Notes: generated by a model not told the origin, from the sequence alone. A DNA stretch of 64,000 nucleotides from Candidatus Peribacteria bacterium (GCA_041691135.1 JBEPVF010000005.1:1-64000); one strand, 5' to 3'. Shown: positions 1 through 9,712, counted from the first letter of the stretch. Program-made: numbers and translations.

Positions 1-30
1 GGAAGGTTGGTGCTGAGGAATACCTCAGAC
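1..30. repeat. Right end of a third, window-truncated copy of the long structured intergenic repeat
   Basis: ggaaggttggtg...acctcaga matches 27012-27040 (ggaaggttggtgtaagcaaacacctcaga), the right end of copy B. Confidence 0.7.
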
Positions 31-31
31 A

Positions 32-153
32 CCGCAGCCGGGGACGGCTGCTGCTACAGGTGAATGCTCAATAACAGCGGGTAGAAAACCCGCTCCCAAA
101 AGTAGGGATGAAGACAGAGAAGAGGACATAGATCGCACCAAGAGATGGCGCTC
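32..153. repeat. Cluster of three REP-like hairpins (type 1 at 32-57, type 2 at 77-98, degenerate type 3 at 134-153)
   Basis: 32-57 is identical to 6072-6097 and reads GTAG+hairpin on the minus strand. 77-98 is identical to 6003-6024. 134-153 resembles the RAYT-flanking repeat. Confidence 0.8.
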
Positions 154-181
154 AGCAGGTATAGGCCGCTATTCTAATTCC

Positions 182-775
182 ATGCACCTGCTCCTCGGTA
201 CCAACAACAAAGGCAAAATTATCGAGATGCGCGAGGTGCTTGGCGATCTATCATACGAGATCAAAACACCGGATGATTTTCTGATCACCGACGTTCCAGA
301 GGAAAACGGCAAAACGTTTTACGAGAATGCGAAACAGAAGGCGCAATTTTATTCCGACCGATCGCGCATACCGACTGTTGCCGATGATTCCGGTTTGATC
401 GTCGAAGCCTTGCAAGACGAGCTCGGCATTCATACGCGTCGCTGGGGCGCCGGCCCCGAGGCGAGCGACGAAGAATGGATCACCTACTTTCTCGATCGCA
501 TGAATCGCGCATCGAATAAGCGGGCGCGCTTCGTGTGCGCTCTGCATTTCATCGACGATCAGGGAAATGACCATCAGTTTGAAGGAATGTGTGAAGGAAC
601 GATCACCGATGCACTGCAGGCTGATTATCTGCCGGGACTTCCCATATCCGCCTGCTTTCAACCCGATGGATCAGACAAAGTTTTTTCGGCCCTGTCCACA
701 GATGAAAAAAACCGCATAAGCCACCGGGGACTCGCTTTATGGCAATTGCGCGATTTTCTCAACAGAAAGAGCTGA
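182..775 (+). CDS. rdgB: Non-canonical purine NTP pyrophosphatase (RdgB/HAM1/ITPase)
   Basis: GTNNKGK N-terminus, ENAKQKA, ADDSGL, KNRISHRG motifs. Confidence 0.95.
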   Translation: MHLLLGTNNKGKIIEMREVLGDLSYEIKTPDDFLITDVPEENGKTFYENAKQKAQFYSDRSRIPTVADDSGLIVEALQDELGIHTRRWGAGPEASDEEWITYFLDRMNRASNKRARFVCALHFIDDQGNDHQFEGMCEGTITDALQADYLPGLPISACFQPDGSDKVFSALSTDEKNRISHRGLALWQLRDFLNRKS

Positions 776-827
776 AAACACTGTCCTCTTCACGACGCCT
801 GTGGCACACTGGAGGCCTCAAAATACT

Positions 828-1571
828 ATGCCTCAGACATTCAAGATCCTGTCGTATAATGCCGGCCACTGTTCGGGGCTTAACGGTTCCGTGCCGCAGT
901 ATCTGGCCTACGGCCACCGACACCTCCGAACATCGCCGCGTGTGAAACATAAGGTGATGGCTGCCATCCGGGATGTTCTGAAAGAAGAAGCGCCTGACTT
1001 GTGTTGTCTGATGGAAATTGATAACTACGCTCTCACGCAGGTGCAAGCGACGCTGCCGAAACAGTACGCACATTTTCATAGCGAGAACAAATACGGCGAA
1101 ACGAGCATCCTCCGCAAAGTGCCGAATTTCGCCAAACGTTCGACCGGTTTTCTTTCCAAAACGGATCTCGATTTCACCAAACATTATCTGAAGGCCGGCA
1201 TGAAAAAGCTTCTCTACGAATTCACCATCGCTCCCGATCTACATGTGTTCTTGGGACATTTCGCTCTCAAGGAAGCGACACGTCACAAACAATTCGAGGA
1301 GCTCAAAGAAATTCTGCGCACCAAAGAACGCGTGGTGATCTGCGGAGACTTCAACATCTTCAAAGGTTTCGATGAGTTACAAAGTCTCGTCTCACACTAT
1401 GACCTGCGCATCCTGAATTCCGAAGGCGACAAAACGTTCCCTTCGTTTCGACCCCGCAAATCCCTGGACCTCTTCATCTGTTCCAAAGACGTGAACGTGA
1501 AAGATTTCAGGATTCTGAAAGATTTGAAGGCATCGGACCACTTACCGGTCTTGTTGGAATTGGAAGTGTAA
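828..1571 (+). CDS. Endonuclease/exonuclease/phosphatase family protein
   Basis: ILSYN, ICGDFN, LDLF, SDHLP motifs; start moved to ATG 828. Confidence 0.9.
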   Translation: MPQTFKILSYNAGHCSGLNGSVPQYLAYGHRHLRTSPRVKHKVMAAIRDVLKEEAPDLCCLMEIDNYALTQVQATLPKQYAHFHSENKYGETSILRKVPNFAKRSTGFLSKTDLDFTKHYLKAGMKKLLYEFTIAPDLHVFLGHFALKEATRHKQFEELKEILRTKERVVICGDFNIFKGFDELQSLVSHYDLRILNSEGDKTFPSFRPRKSLDLFICSKDVNVKDFRILKDLKASDHLPVLLELEV

Positions 1572-1618
1572 GAATGGCGGATTTTGTCACTTATATTCCA
1601 CTGCGCTAGGATGACCTC

Positions 1619-2191
1619 ATGCGGTACCTCTTTTATCTGATCGTTATCTGCTTGATCGCGTCATTGTTTGTCGGCATGTTTCTACTGCTGCAGGGATTCC
1701 ATATCGTGGCAACCCAGCCGTCATCGATAAAGAATACGCTTGCCGCGCTGCCTGCCGGATCAAATATCACATTGCCCACGGGACTTCAGAATACGATGCC
1801 GATTGAGACCGCTTTCCCGCTCACTCCCTTTCGCATCATCAAAACGATCAAGAGCACCCAATCGCCCACCTACCTTACGATTGTCACATCGCGTTCCATC
1901 ATGTGCGGCGACCGACAGTGCAGCGATGATACACGCTGCGGAACACCTGACGGCCAGGCAATCTGCTATTTCTTCACCGAGCCGGCATTCGATAGACGTG
2001 CAAACTCCAAGACCGAATTTGTGGGCAGATGGACCGGGATGGATAACGTCTACATCGATGTCGATACGCCTATCGGTTTTACAGATCCCAATACGGTCCG
2101 CTTCGTTGCCAGCGGCGAAACAACGAAAGGAGCTATCAGCCATTCGTACGAACTGAATCTGACAACGCACACCATACTTCAAATCAATTAG
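1619..2191 (+). CDS. Hypothetical membrane-anchored/secreted protein with a small Cys cluster
   Basis: N-terminal hydrophobic helix; TAGGAT -10-like box 6 nt upstream of ATG. Confidence 0.7.
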   Translation: MRYLFYLIVICLIASLFVGMFLLLQGFHIVATQPSSIKNTLAALPAGSNITLPTGLQNTMPIETAFPLTPFRIIKTIKSTQSPTYLTIVTSRSIMCGDRQCSDDTRCGTPDGQAICYFFTEPAFDRRANSKTEFVGRWTGMDNVYIDVDTPIGFTDPNTVRFVASGETTKGAISHSYELNLTTHTILQIN

Positions 2192-5100
2192 AGCGACACG
2201 GGTGTAAAATCCAATGTCTGTATCTTGGCCCATACCGCCCGGATGATTGTCTTGAGCCGTTCACGGTCTTCTTCCGTAATGTTGAACTTACGCTCGATGG
2301 GATGCTCGGTGCCGCCGCCGACGAAATCGAGAACAAATGTATGAGGCTTCAGAGGTGTGCCGCTCAGTTCCATCAGGAGCGAGTAGAACACAAGTTGTCG
2401 GTATAGGGCGCCATCACGGATTTCATTCTCTGTTTTTGGCTTGCCGGTCTTGAAATCAATCACGACGGATGAGGCCGAATCAGGCGCATCCAGATCGATG
2501 CGGTCAATCTTTCCTTTTAGCGGAATACCGGGGCGCAATGGATCGGCCGTGGCATCCAGGTAACCATGGAAGGATGACTCAACACGATAAATAAAGGGCG
2601 ATGAGGCGGCCAACCGCTGATCGAAGTAACGCGGCAAAGCCTCGCGCCCTTCTTCAATTAGAGCGCTTTTGACGGCATCGGTGGCGATCTCGTGTTCTAA
2701 AATATACGCCTCGAAAATCTGGAAGAAACTATCGCGTGTAAGCGGCGATTTTTCCTGGATGCCGAAGCCCCATTTCTTGATCGCCTCATGCACTGCATTG
2801 CCATAGATGAACTCCGGTGAATTGAGCTGTGGCATCTGGAGCAAATCGGTTTCGAGGAACAAACGCGGATCTTCCAGGAAGCGATTGAGAGCACTCACCG
2901 ACAGACGGAAGTTCTCCAATTTTTCGAGCAAAAATGCTTTGTACTCTTCGGTGAGATCTCGTACGGGAGCAATCAACAGTGTCGAGGCATGAAGCGGGTC
3001 ATGAAGTTCGCGTGTCTCTTCGGGAAGATTTCCGGCTTCCGAAAAGAACGCCGACGGCGATACGTCCCGACCTTTACCCCCCGTTTGCATCTGCTTTGGA
3101 CAGGTGAAGATCAATTCTTTTTTGGCCCGCGTCATCGCGACGAATGCCACGCGTCGCTCATCCTGATGCTGCTCAAATGACTTCTGATCCTTTTGCCAGC
3201 CGAAGAGCAGGTCTTCGGGCATGCTGATAGACGGCGGATTCCGGCGCTTGTCCCAATGGTTCTCGCGGAAGTTCGTCAGAAGAACGGTGTGGAATTCCAG
3301 TCCTTTGCTCTGATGCGCCGTCATCAGCTGGACCCCTTGTTCAGTCACATGCGGCAAAGTGTAGGACAGACGCAAATCGCCGTAATCGGGATGTTCGAAG
3401 AAACTCAGATCATCCATCAACATCGAGTAATTATAGTGCGGCTGCTCATGCGCCCGATTACAGACGTAATTGAAGAACGCTTGCAGTGCGGCAAAATCCA
3501 GCGGGTCAATCGGCGTGAGTTGTTCGTAGGATTCGTGATCGCGTATCACCGTTCCATCCTGCTGACTGATGGCATGGATCAGACCGCAATCTTTCAGAAC
3601 ACGCTCGATCGTCTCGACCACCGTGCGTACGCCGATTTTATGATGCAGGTCGAGCAGGCAATCACGTGCCTTTAGAATGGAAGGAATATCATGAAAAAGT
3701 AACGCCGGCTCGGAGTTATGAATCGCTTCGAGATCGAGTAGCAACGTCATAAGTGACAGTTCGCGTTCGCGCCGCAAATGATACAAACGTCCCAGATCAG
3801 CCGGATGGCAGTGGAAAAAATCGCAAGCCAGCGCCGAGGCCAGCGCAGCGTTATCTTCCGGTTTTTGAATGGCCCGAAGAATTCCCAGCAATTGGCGAAC
3901 AAGCGTATGCGAAAGCAGATCAACTTTGCCCGCCATTTGCACCGGCAACCCTCGTGCGTGCAGCACGTCGTAATACGTTCGCAACTCGGCATTGGTCTGG
4001 GTCAGGATGGTGATGTCACCGGGATCGATCCCCTGCTCCAACCGCTCAACGACAAGATCCGCGATCATCCACGGCTCCGCAACATTACTCACCGCAAACA
4101 GCAGCATCGGTGGCTCGCCGCGTTCGCCACTGGCCGCTACGAGATTCTTCTCGAGTCCTTCGATGCGACCGACGAGCCGTTCCGTGTTCTGCCCGATCAC
4201 GGACGCCGCTGCATCCAAAATCGACTGCGTCGAACGATAACTGATGGTAAGCGGAATGACTGCCGCTTGCGGAAAACGTGACCTGAACGACAGCAAATTC
4301 TGCAAGTTGGCACCCTGGAAGCGATAGATCGCCTGATCGTCGTCGCCAACGACAAACAAGTTCGGCGTATGATCGAGTAACGCATACGTCGTCAGCTGTT
4401 CGATGAACTGATATTGCGCGCCGTTCGTATCCTGAAACTCATCCACCAAGACGTACTGATATCGTTCCTGCAGCGATGCGAGAAGCCACTCTTCCTCGCG
4501 CAATGCCTGCAGCACATAGAGAATCATATCGTCATAGTCATAGCGACCGGTGACCTTGAGCATGTCCTGGTACAAACCAAAGACCTGCACGAGCTCACGA
4601 AATTTCCGGGCGGTGCTCAGATTGCGTTCGTGGGCTTTGGTCCCCTCTTTGCTCTGCCCCGCCATTTGCGACTCGTATGTCTCGACGATTTCGTGCAATA
4701 CAGACATATCCGCTCTTCCCTCGCGTTTCAACTGGCTCATCCGATTCAAAATATCACGTGTTCGTGCGTAGGGATGTTTGCGATTCACGAGTGCTAGATG
4801 CGGCATCAGTTGATCGATGATAGTATTCACCGCCCGGTACCGTTCGAGATCAGAAATCTGTTCCAGTGCCGACCACTCCTCGAACACATGTGGGTTCTCG
4901 CTGATGATGTCGTTGCAGAAACCATGAATCGTCGACACGCGTACGCCGTATGCATCGGGACCGATGAGCAACCGAAGGCGTTCGCGCATCGCCGTCGCGC
5001 CGCTCGTGCTGAATGTAAGGCACAGAATATTGCTTGGACGCATCTGGGTCTTCTTCAAAATATTCGCCACGCGCATCGCCACCACCTGCGTTTTACCCGT

Positions 5101-5199
5101 CCCAGGTCCCGCGATCACCATCACCGGCCCCTCGATCGTGTCGACGGCTTGCCGCTGAGCTTCATTCAGCCGCTGGAGCTCTTCGTCGAAGGGGCGCAT
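2188..5199 (-). CDS. UvrD/Rep-family ATP-dependent DNA helicase with C-terminal PD-(D/E)XK nuclease (AddA/RecB-like architecture)
   Basis: AGPGTGKT Walker A, VDEFQD, VGDDDQAIY, TAHQSKGLEF, VAMTRAK; C-terminal GKIDRID...IDFKTG...QL..Y. Confidence 0.93.
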   Translation of the reverse strand: MRPFDEELQRLNEAQRQAVDTIEGPVMVIAGPGTGKTQVVAMRVANILKKTQMRPSNILCLTFSTSGATAMRERLRLLIGPDAYGVRVSTIHGFCNDIISENPHVFEEWSALEQISDLERYRAVNTIIDQLMPHLALVNRKHPYARTRDILNRMSQLKREGRADMSVLHEIVETYESQMAGQSKEGTKAHERNLSTARKFRELVQVFGLYQDMLKVTGRYDYDDMILYVLQALREEEWLLASLQERYQYVLVDEFQDTNGAQYQFIEQLTTYALLDHTPNLFVVGDDDQAIYRFQGANLQNLLSFRSRFPQAAVIPLTISYRSTQSILDAAASVIGQNTERLVGRIEGLEKNLVAASGERGEPPMLLFAVSNVAEPWMIADLVVERLEQGIDPGDITILTQTNAELRTYYDVLHARGLPVQMAGKVDLLSHTLVRQLLGILRAIQKPEDNAALASALACDFFHCHPADLGRLYHLRRERELSLMTLLLDLEAIHNSEPALLFHDIPSILKARDCLLDLHHKIGVRTVVETIERVLKDCGLIHAISQQDGTVIRDHESYEQLTPIDPLDFAALQAFFNYVCNRAHEQPHYNYSMLMDDLSFFEHPDYGDLRLSYTLPHVTEQGVQLMTAHQSKGLEFHTVLLTNFRENHWDKRRNPPSISMPEDLLFGWQKDQKSFEQHQDERRVAFVAMTRAKKELIFTCPKQMQTGGKGRDVSPSAFFSEAGNLPEETRELHDPLHASTLLIAPVRDLTEEYKAFLLEKLENFRLSVSALNRFLEDPRLFLETDLLQMPQLNSPEFIYGNAVHEAIKKWGFGIQEKSPLTRDSFFQIFEAYILEHEIATDAVKSALIEEGREALPRYFDQRLAASSPFIYRVESSFHGYLDATADPLRPGIPLKGKIDRIDLDAPDSASSVVIDFKTGKPKTENEIRDGALYRQLVFYSLLMELSGTPLKPHTFVLDFVGGGTEHPIERKFNITEEDRERLKTIIRAVWAKIQTLDFTPVSL

Positions 5200-5319
5200 G
5201 GAGTGCACCGTAGCAAACAGGCCATAGGGAAGCGATAGGCTTTTAGTATGACGCAATTCAAGTTGGACAGAGTGTCAATAATTTGACTAAAAGAATTAAA
5301 TTGATAGGCTCCGTGCATT

Positions 5320-5392
5320 GGCGCCGTAGTGTAGCGGTTAACACATCTGACTTTCGAGTCAGACATCGTGGGTTCGAATCCCACCGGCGTCC
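5320..5392 (+). tRNA. tRNA-Glu(UUC)-like gene with atypical 8-nt anticodon loop
   Basis: Cloverleaf: acceptor ggcgccg/cggcgtc, D stem gtgt/acac, anticodon stem tctga/tcaga with loop ctttcgag, T arm gtggg-ttcgaat-cccac. No encoded CCA. TTGACT/TAGGCT promoter at 5283-5310. Confidence 0.85.
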
Positions 5393-5480
5393 TAGGGCGC
5401 ACCATCTGGTGGTCATCTGAGAGTAGGAATCTCTCAGTTGATGAGGCAGCGTGTAGCACGCTGCTCCGCCCCTTTCCACT

Positions 5481-5519
5481 CCAGGCTCGTCGTTCAGTCG
5501 ACGAGCCTGGTATTTTTTT
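5481..5519 (+). terminator. Rho-independent terminator downstream of the tRNA
   Basis: 12-bp stem ccaggctcgtcg/cgacgagcctgg followed by a T tract. Confidence 0.85.
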
Positions 5520-5533
5520 ACAACAAATAGTTC

Positions 5534-5998
5534 AGCATATTGAAATTCTTCAGTATGGCGCTGCCGCTTTCTTCGCGGTTAGTGGAAGCTGGTCGATTCA
5601 TCGTTGGCGGGTGCTCCCTCACCCCGGCCCTCTCCCTCCTTCCCAGGCCGTAAAGGGAGTGGTGATCGTCTGCTCGTCCTTGAATAGTAAAGACCTGCCG
5701 GGAGAGGGAGGTGCGTGCTCTGTGTGTTTTATCCAATGAAGCTCTCTTAACTACTCCCAGGCGGCTGCAGCCGCCAAACCTCTTCGCACGTTCGCTATTC
5801 CATATAATGATCCCCTCCGACTATGTGGTGGGGATGAGTGGTTACGAGCCCTGCTGTCGCATGCCCACAGGCGCGACAGCAGGGCGAGGTGGGTCATAGG
5901 CGGTGCGCTTCTTTTTGGTTCTTTTTCTTGTCGCGGGGAGACAAGAAAAAGAACACCCTGAGCGATTGGAAAAGTTTGTGCCGGGGAATCACCCGAGC
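5534..5998. repeat. Long structured non-coding repeat, copy A
   Basis: Colinear with 26602-27040; exact shared blocks 5609-5645=26677-26713 (37 nt) and 5886-5939=26929-26982 (54 nt). Confidence 0.9.
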
Positions 5999-6002
5999 AT
6001 CC

Positions 6003-6097
6003 GCGGGTAGAAAACCCGCTCCCAATTTTGTCAGTAATCTAATAACAAAAAGACAATCAATACCTCAGAACCCGCAGCCGGGGACGGCTGCTGCTAC
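6003..6097. repeat. REP-like hairpins (type 2 at 6003-6024, type 1 at 6072-6097)
   Basis: Identical to 77-98 and 32-57 but in the opposite order. Confidence 0.85.
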
Positions 6098-6125
6098 GGG
6101 AAATAATGATTGAATTAGTCAGGAC

Positions 6126-7628
6126 TCAAAACGCCTCCGCCGACTGCACGATCCTCGCGCAATGATCGCACTTCTCGACCCGCTCACCGTCGATGACCAG
6201 CTCGATCAGATTGCCTTTTTTGCAGTACGGACAGGGCTTTCCCTGATTGAACGAGTGCACCGGCGAGAAGCCGATACGCTTGGGTGCGCCGCCGTGCTCA
6301 CGGATGGTGAGTGACCGCGGGTGGTCACGCATTTTCTGCAAGACTTTGGCTTCGATCTGACGGATACGTTCGCGAGTGACACCAAACTCTTTGCCCACTT
6401 CTTCGAGCGTGTGACCGATGCCGTCTTTAAGACCGAAACGCATTTCGATGATCTTGCGTTCACGCGGCGTAAGGAAGTCCAACATCGCATGCACGTTTTC
6501 TTTGCGCAGCTGACGGTTGGTCGCTTCGAACGGGTTCACCGCCTCTTCATCTTCAATAAAGTCGCCGAGCTTGCTGTCTTCTTCGGATCCCACCGGCGAT
6601 TCCAGCGAAATGATGTCCTGAGAAATTTTCTGGATGTGCGAGACTTTCTTGATATCCATCTCCATTTCGACGGACAGCTCTTCCAATGTCGGCTCGCGTC
6701 CAAGCTCCTGCACCAGACGACGCTGCGTGTGCGTCAGCTTGTTGATCGTCTCGACCATGTGCACCGGGATACGGATGGTGCGTGCCTGGTCGGCAATCGC
6801 GCGGGTAATCGCCTGACGAATCCACCACGTAGCATAGGTGCTGAATTTGAATCCACGCTCCGGATCGAATTTTTCGACTGCGCGGAACAGACCGATGTTT
6901 CCTTCCTGAATCAGATCGAGGAAGCTGAGTCCGCGACCGATGTACTTTTTGGCAATGGAAACGACAAGACGCAGGTTGGCTTCGGCCAGCTGCTGCTTGG
7001 CACCGGCATCGCCTTTGCGAATACGGCGAGCCAGTTCCACCTCTTTACGTGCATCGATGAGCGGCACACGGCCGATTTCGGACAAATACATGCGCACGGA
7101 GTCGTTCGAAATTTCGAGCAGGTCGATCTCGCGCTCGCGGCGGCGCTTCTTGCGTTCTTCGTCGCTCAAGTCTTTATCGCTGTCCACGGCAATACCCGCC
7201 ATGGCGATCATCTTCATCGCTTCATCATCCGTATCGCCATCCATCACTTCGACTTTCTCATCGTCTTCACTCTCGGCGGCCTCTAAATCGTCATCTGACG
7301 GACCATCTTCCTCGGTGGTGATTTCCGACAGGTCCTGCGACGGATCCGGTGTATCGATAACCGGCATTTTGCCCTTCTTGGCGCTCTTGTCCCAGATCAG
7401 TGCATCTTTCACATCGATCACCTGAATGCCGAGATCGACAAACAACGTGTAAATCTCGTCGAGCAATTCCACATCTTCTTCGGCATTCGGCACCGCTGCA
7501 ATAATCTCCTGATGCGTCACGTAGCGCTGCTCACGGCCTTTCTTGACCAAATGCTTCACCTTTTCGGGAAACTTCTTCAGATCGTCTTCGGTGGGTTGTG
7601 CGATGAATTTACGTGGATGAGAAGCCAT
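6126..7628 (-). CDS. rpoD: RNA polymerase primary sigma factor RpoD/SigA with C-terminal CxxC...CxxC extension
   Basis: [62 protein letters not shown]. Confidence 0.97.
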   Translation of the reverse strand: MASHPRKFIAQPTEDDLKKFPEKVKHLVKKGREQRYVTHQEIIAAVPNAEEDVELLDEIYTLFVDLGIQVIDVKDALIWDKSAKKGKMPVIDTPDPSQDLSEITTEEDGPSDDDLEAAESEDDEKVEVMDGDTDDEAMKMIAMAGIAVDSDKDLSDEERKKRRREREIDLLEISNDSVRMYLSEIGRVPLIDARKEVELARRIRKGDAGAKQQLAEANLRLVVSIAKKYIGRGLSFLDLIQEGNIGLFRAVEKFDPERGFKFSTYATWWIRQAITRAIADQARTIRIPVHMVETINKLTHTQRRLVQELGREPTLEELSVEMEMDIKKVSHIQKISQDIISLESPVGSEEDSKLGDFIEDEEAVNPFEATNRQLRKENVHAMLDFLTPRERKIIEMRFGLKDGIGHTLEEVGKEFGVTRERIRQIEAKVLQKMRDHPRSLTIREHGGAPKRIGFSPVHSFNQGKPCPYCKKGNLIELVIDGERVEKCDHCARIVQSAEAF

Positions 7629-7860
7629 GGCAAATGAGTATACGGAAACCTGGGGCATTGCCCAAGTACGAATAGGGTACTAAAAACGCAGGAAACAAGA
7701 AAGAGGAAGTTCAAGATTCTTGCCGAGGACAGATTATAGCATAGATGACGAATAGACCCTATAAAAGTGACCATGTACAGGAGCGCAGTGACACTTCATG
7801 TGCCACGTATCATATGCCACATATTACGCGGTTTATGCTTTTCTCCCACTTGGTCACCTC

Positions 7861-9636
7861 TTATTGTCCTGCCTTCTGCATCAATCCCAATACCTGCTGA
7901 TACTGCACCGACAGTTCCGCTTCCTCGACCGTCTGGCCTGCTGCACGAGCAACAAGGAGTTTGCGAGTGATATCGTACGCCTTTTTTTTGAGCATATCGT
8001 GATTGGCCTGTTTGCAGTTCTTGCGGATTTCGCGGACAGCCATGCTTTCGGACCAATCATTGAAACCATGGTGTTCACAATACAGGGCGAGGATGCCGGC
8101 ACGCTGGACGAACTCCTCGCTCAATTCCAAGTCGGCAATCGTCCATCCCCGGCGATCACCGAGGGCAGACAATGCGGTATGGAGGGCCGCGCCAAATTCT
8201 TCTTCCGGTCGCACAAGTTCTGACAGTAGCGAGACCAATGAGGGATAGATCAAAAACATTCCAAGTGTGATGTCGCTGGTCGAGAAAATTTCGGCCGATG
8301 GTGAGACGGCAGTCACGGGTGCAGTTCGCTCCGGCGATCGCTGCGGTTTGCTTCCCGAACGCACGCTCTCGTCCACGCTCATGCGAAATGCTTCTTCGGC
8401 CATGCCAAACCGCAGTTTGAGTTCCTGTGCGATCTTGGCCGTGTATTCGGTCCGCATCAGCAGATTGCCCATCGAAGCGAGCAGCGAGATCAGCATGTCG
8501 GTCATTTTTTTACGTTCCATCGCAGACTGCGGGTTCTGCACTTTCATCTGCTCAAACACATAGTCGATGTACGGCATGCCGCCGGCCTGCAAAATCTCCT
8601 GCAACGCCTGCGGTTCCGATTCCGCCATTTCGGCCGGATCTTTGGTCGGCAACACGATTGATTCCACGAACAAATCCTCGTGGGTCAGAATATGATACGC
8701 CCGCTCCGCCGCATCCTGTCCGGCACGGTCCTGGTCGAGACACAACACGACCGTCTCGCAGTAACGCTTGAGCAGCTTGGCGTGCTGCTCGGTAAAAGCC
8801 GTGCCGCTGGCTGCCACGACATTTTTGACCCCGACTCGGTGACACGCCAGTACATCGAAGTATCCTTCCACAACAAGCGCCGATTTTTTGTCACGCATCG
8901 TGTCTTTGGCCTGATGGAAACCGAAAAGCACGTTCGCTTTGTGGTACAGAATGCCTTCATTGGAATTAAGATACTTCGCATCGTCGTCACCCAACGTACG
9001 CCCACCGAATGCAACCAGTTGACCTTGGGTATCGTGAATCGGAAAAATGAGACGGTGACGGAACCGGTCGTACATGCGCTCTTCCTGCAGGTCGCGCTGC
9101 ACGGCCATGCCGGCGGACAGGATTTCTTTGCGGCTGAAGCCGGACTTGAGTAGATGCTCATACGTAGCCGAAAAAGAATCCGGTGCGTAGCCGAGTTGGA
9201 ACTCTTCGATCTGCTCAGCCGGGACGGCGCGTTTCTTCAGATACTCCTGCGCCACATTGTTCGCTGCCAATTGTGCCTGAAAAAATTTGAGAGACGCCTG
9301 CAGACATTCGCGTGCACGTTCTTTTTCTCCTTTCTTGGGGGCGTCCGCAGCCGGTCGTTCCTCCAGCGTCACTCCGGCTTTTTCTGCGAGATCGCGCAAT
9401 GCCTGAGGAAAATCGACACCTTCGATTTTCTGGTAGAAACTGAAAATATCACCGCCGCTCTGGCAGGCGAAGCAGTAGGCGATTCCCTTGTCAGGCGACA
9501 CGAGCAAGCTCGGATGGCTGTCTTGATGAAAGGGACACAAGCAAACCAGGTTTCTCCCTTTCTTCTGCAATTGAGCATACTGACCAACCAATTGCTCGAT
9601 GGGAAGCCGGGCTTTGATCTCGGAAACGGAATCCAT
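7861..9636 (-). CDS. dnaG: DNA primase
   Basis: CHC2 zinc finger (CPFH...CFAC), FGGR..KYLNS, Toprim VEGYFD and LDQD; directly upstream of rpoD. Confidence 0.96.
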   Translation of the reverse strand: MDSVSEIKARLPIEQLVGQYAQLQKKGRNLVCLCPFHQDSHPSLLVSPDKGIAYCFACQSGGDIFSFYQKIEGVDFPQALRDLAEKAGVTLEERPAADAPKKGEKERARECLQASLKFFQAQLAANNVAQEYLKKRAVPAEQIEEFQLGYAPDSFSATYEHLLKSGFSRKEILSAGMAVQRDLQEERMYDRFRHRLIFPIHDTQGQLVAFGGRTLGDDDAKYLNSNEGILYHKANVLFGFHQAKDTMRDKKSALVVEGYFDVLACHRVGVKNVVAASGTAFTEQHAKLLKRYCETVVLCLDQDRAGQDAAERAYHILTHEDLFVESIVLPTKDPAEMAESEPQALQEILQAGGMPYIDYVFEQMKVQNPQSAMERKKMTDMLISLLASMGNLLMRTEYTAKIAQELKLRFGMAEEAFRMSVDESVRSGSKPQRSPERTAPVTAVSPSAEIFSTSDITLGMFLIYPSLVSLLSELVRPEEEFGAALHTALSALGDRRGWTIADLELSEEFVQRAGILALYCEHHGFNDWSESMAVREIRKNCKQANHDMLKKKAYDITRKLLVARAAGQTVEEAELSVQYQQVLGLMQKAGQ

Positions 9637-9712
9637 GGGAGGATGAGTATACAACGAAAAGGAAGGAAAGGGAGAAAAGGCCCTTTTTGCTTTTTTAAAC
9701 CTCCTGGCCTGC

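Noticed and set aside
5395-5478. Trailer cloverleaf as a bona fide tRNA-Ser(GGA)
   Set aside because: Lacks U33, the D-loop GG, the TTCRA loop and a 7-bp acceptor stem; kept only as a structured-RNA candidate.
5534-5998. Long repeat as a group II intron, MITE or tmRNA/RNase P RNA
   Set aside because: I could not find a GUGYG start with domain V, terminal inverted repeats, tRNA-like tmRNA ends or the RNase P P4 signature. An Rfam search is still needed.
5368-6113. Short ORFs over the long repeat (5368-5739, 5518-5736, 5838-6113; likewise 26509-27166)
   Set aside because: Reading frames are not preserved between the two copies, so the shared sequence is not maintained as protein.
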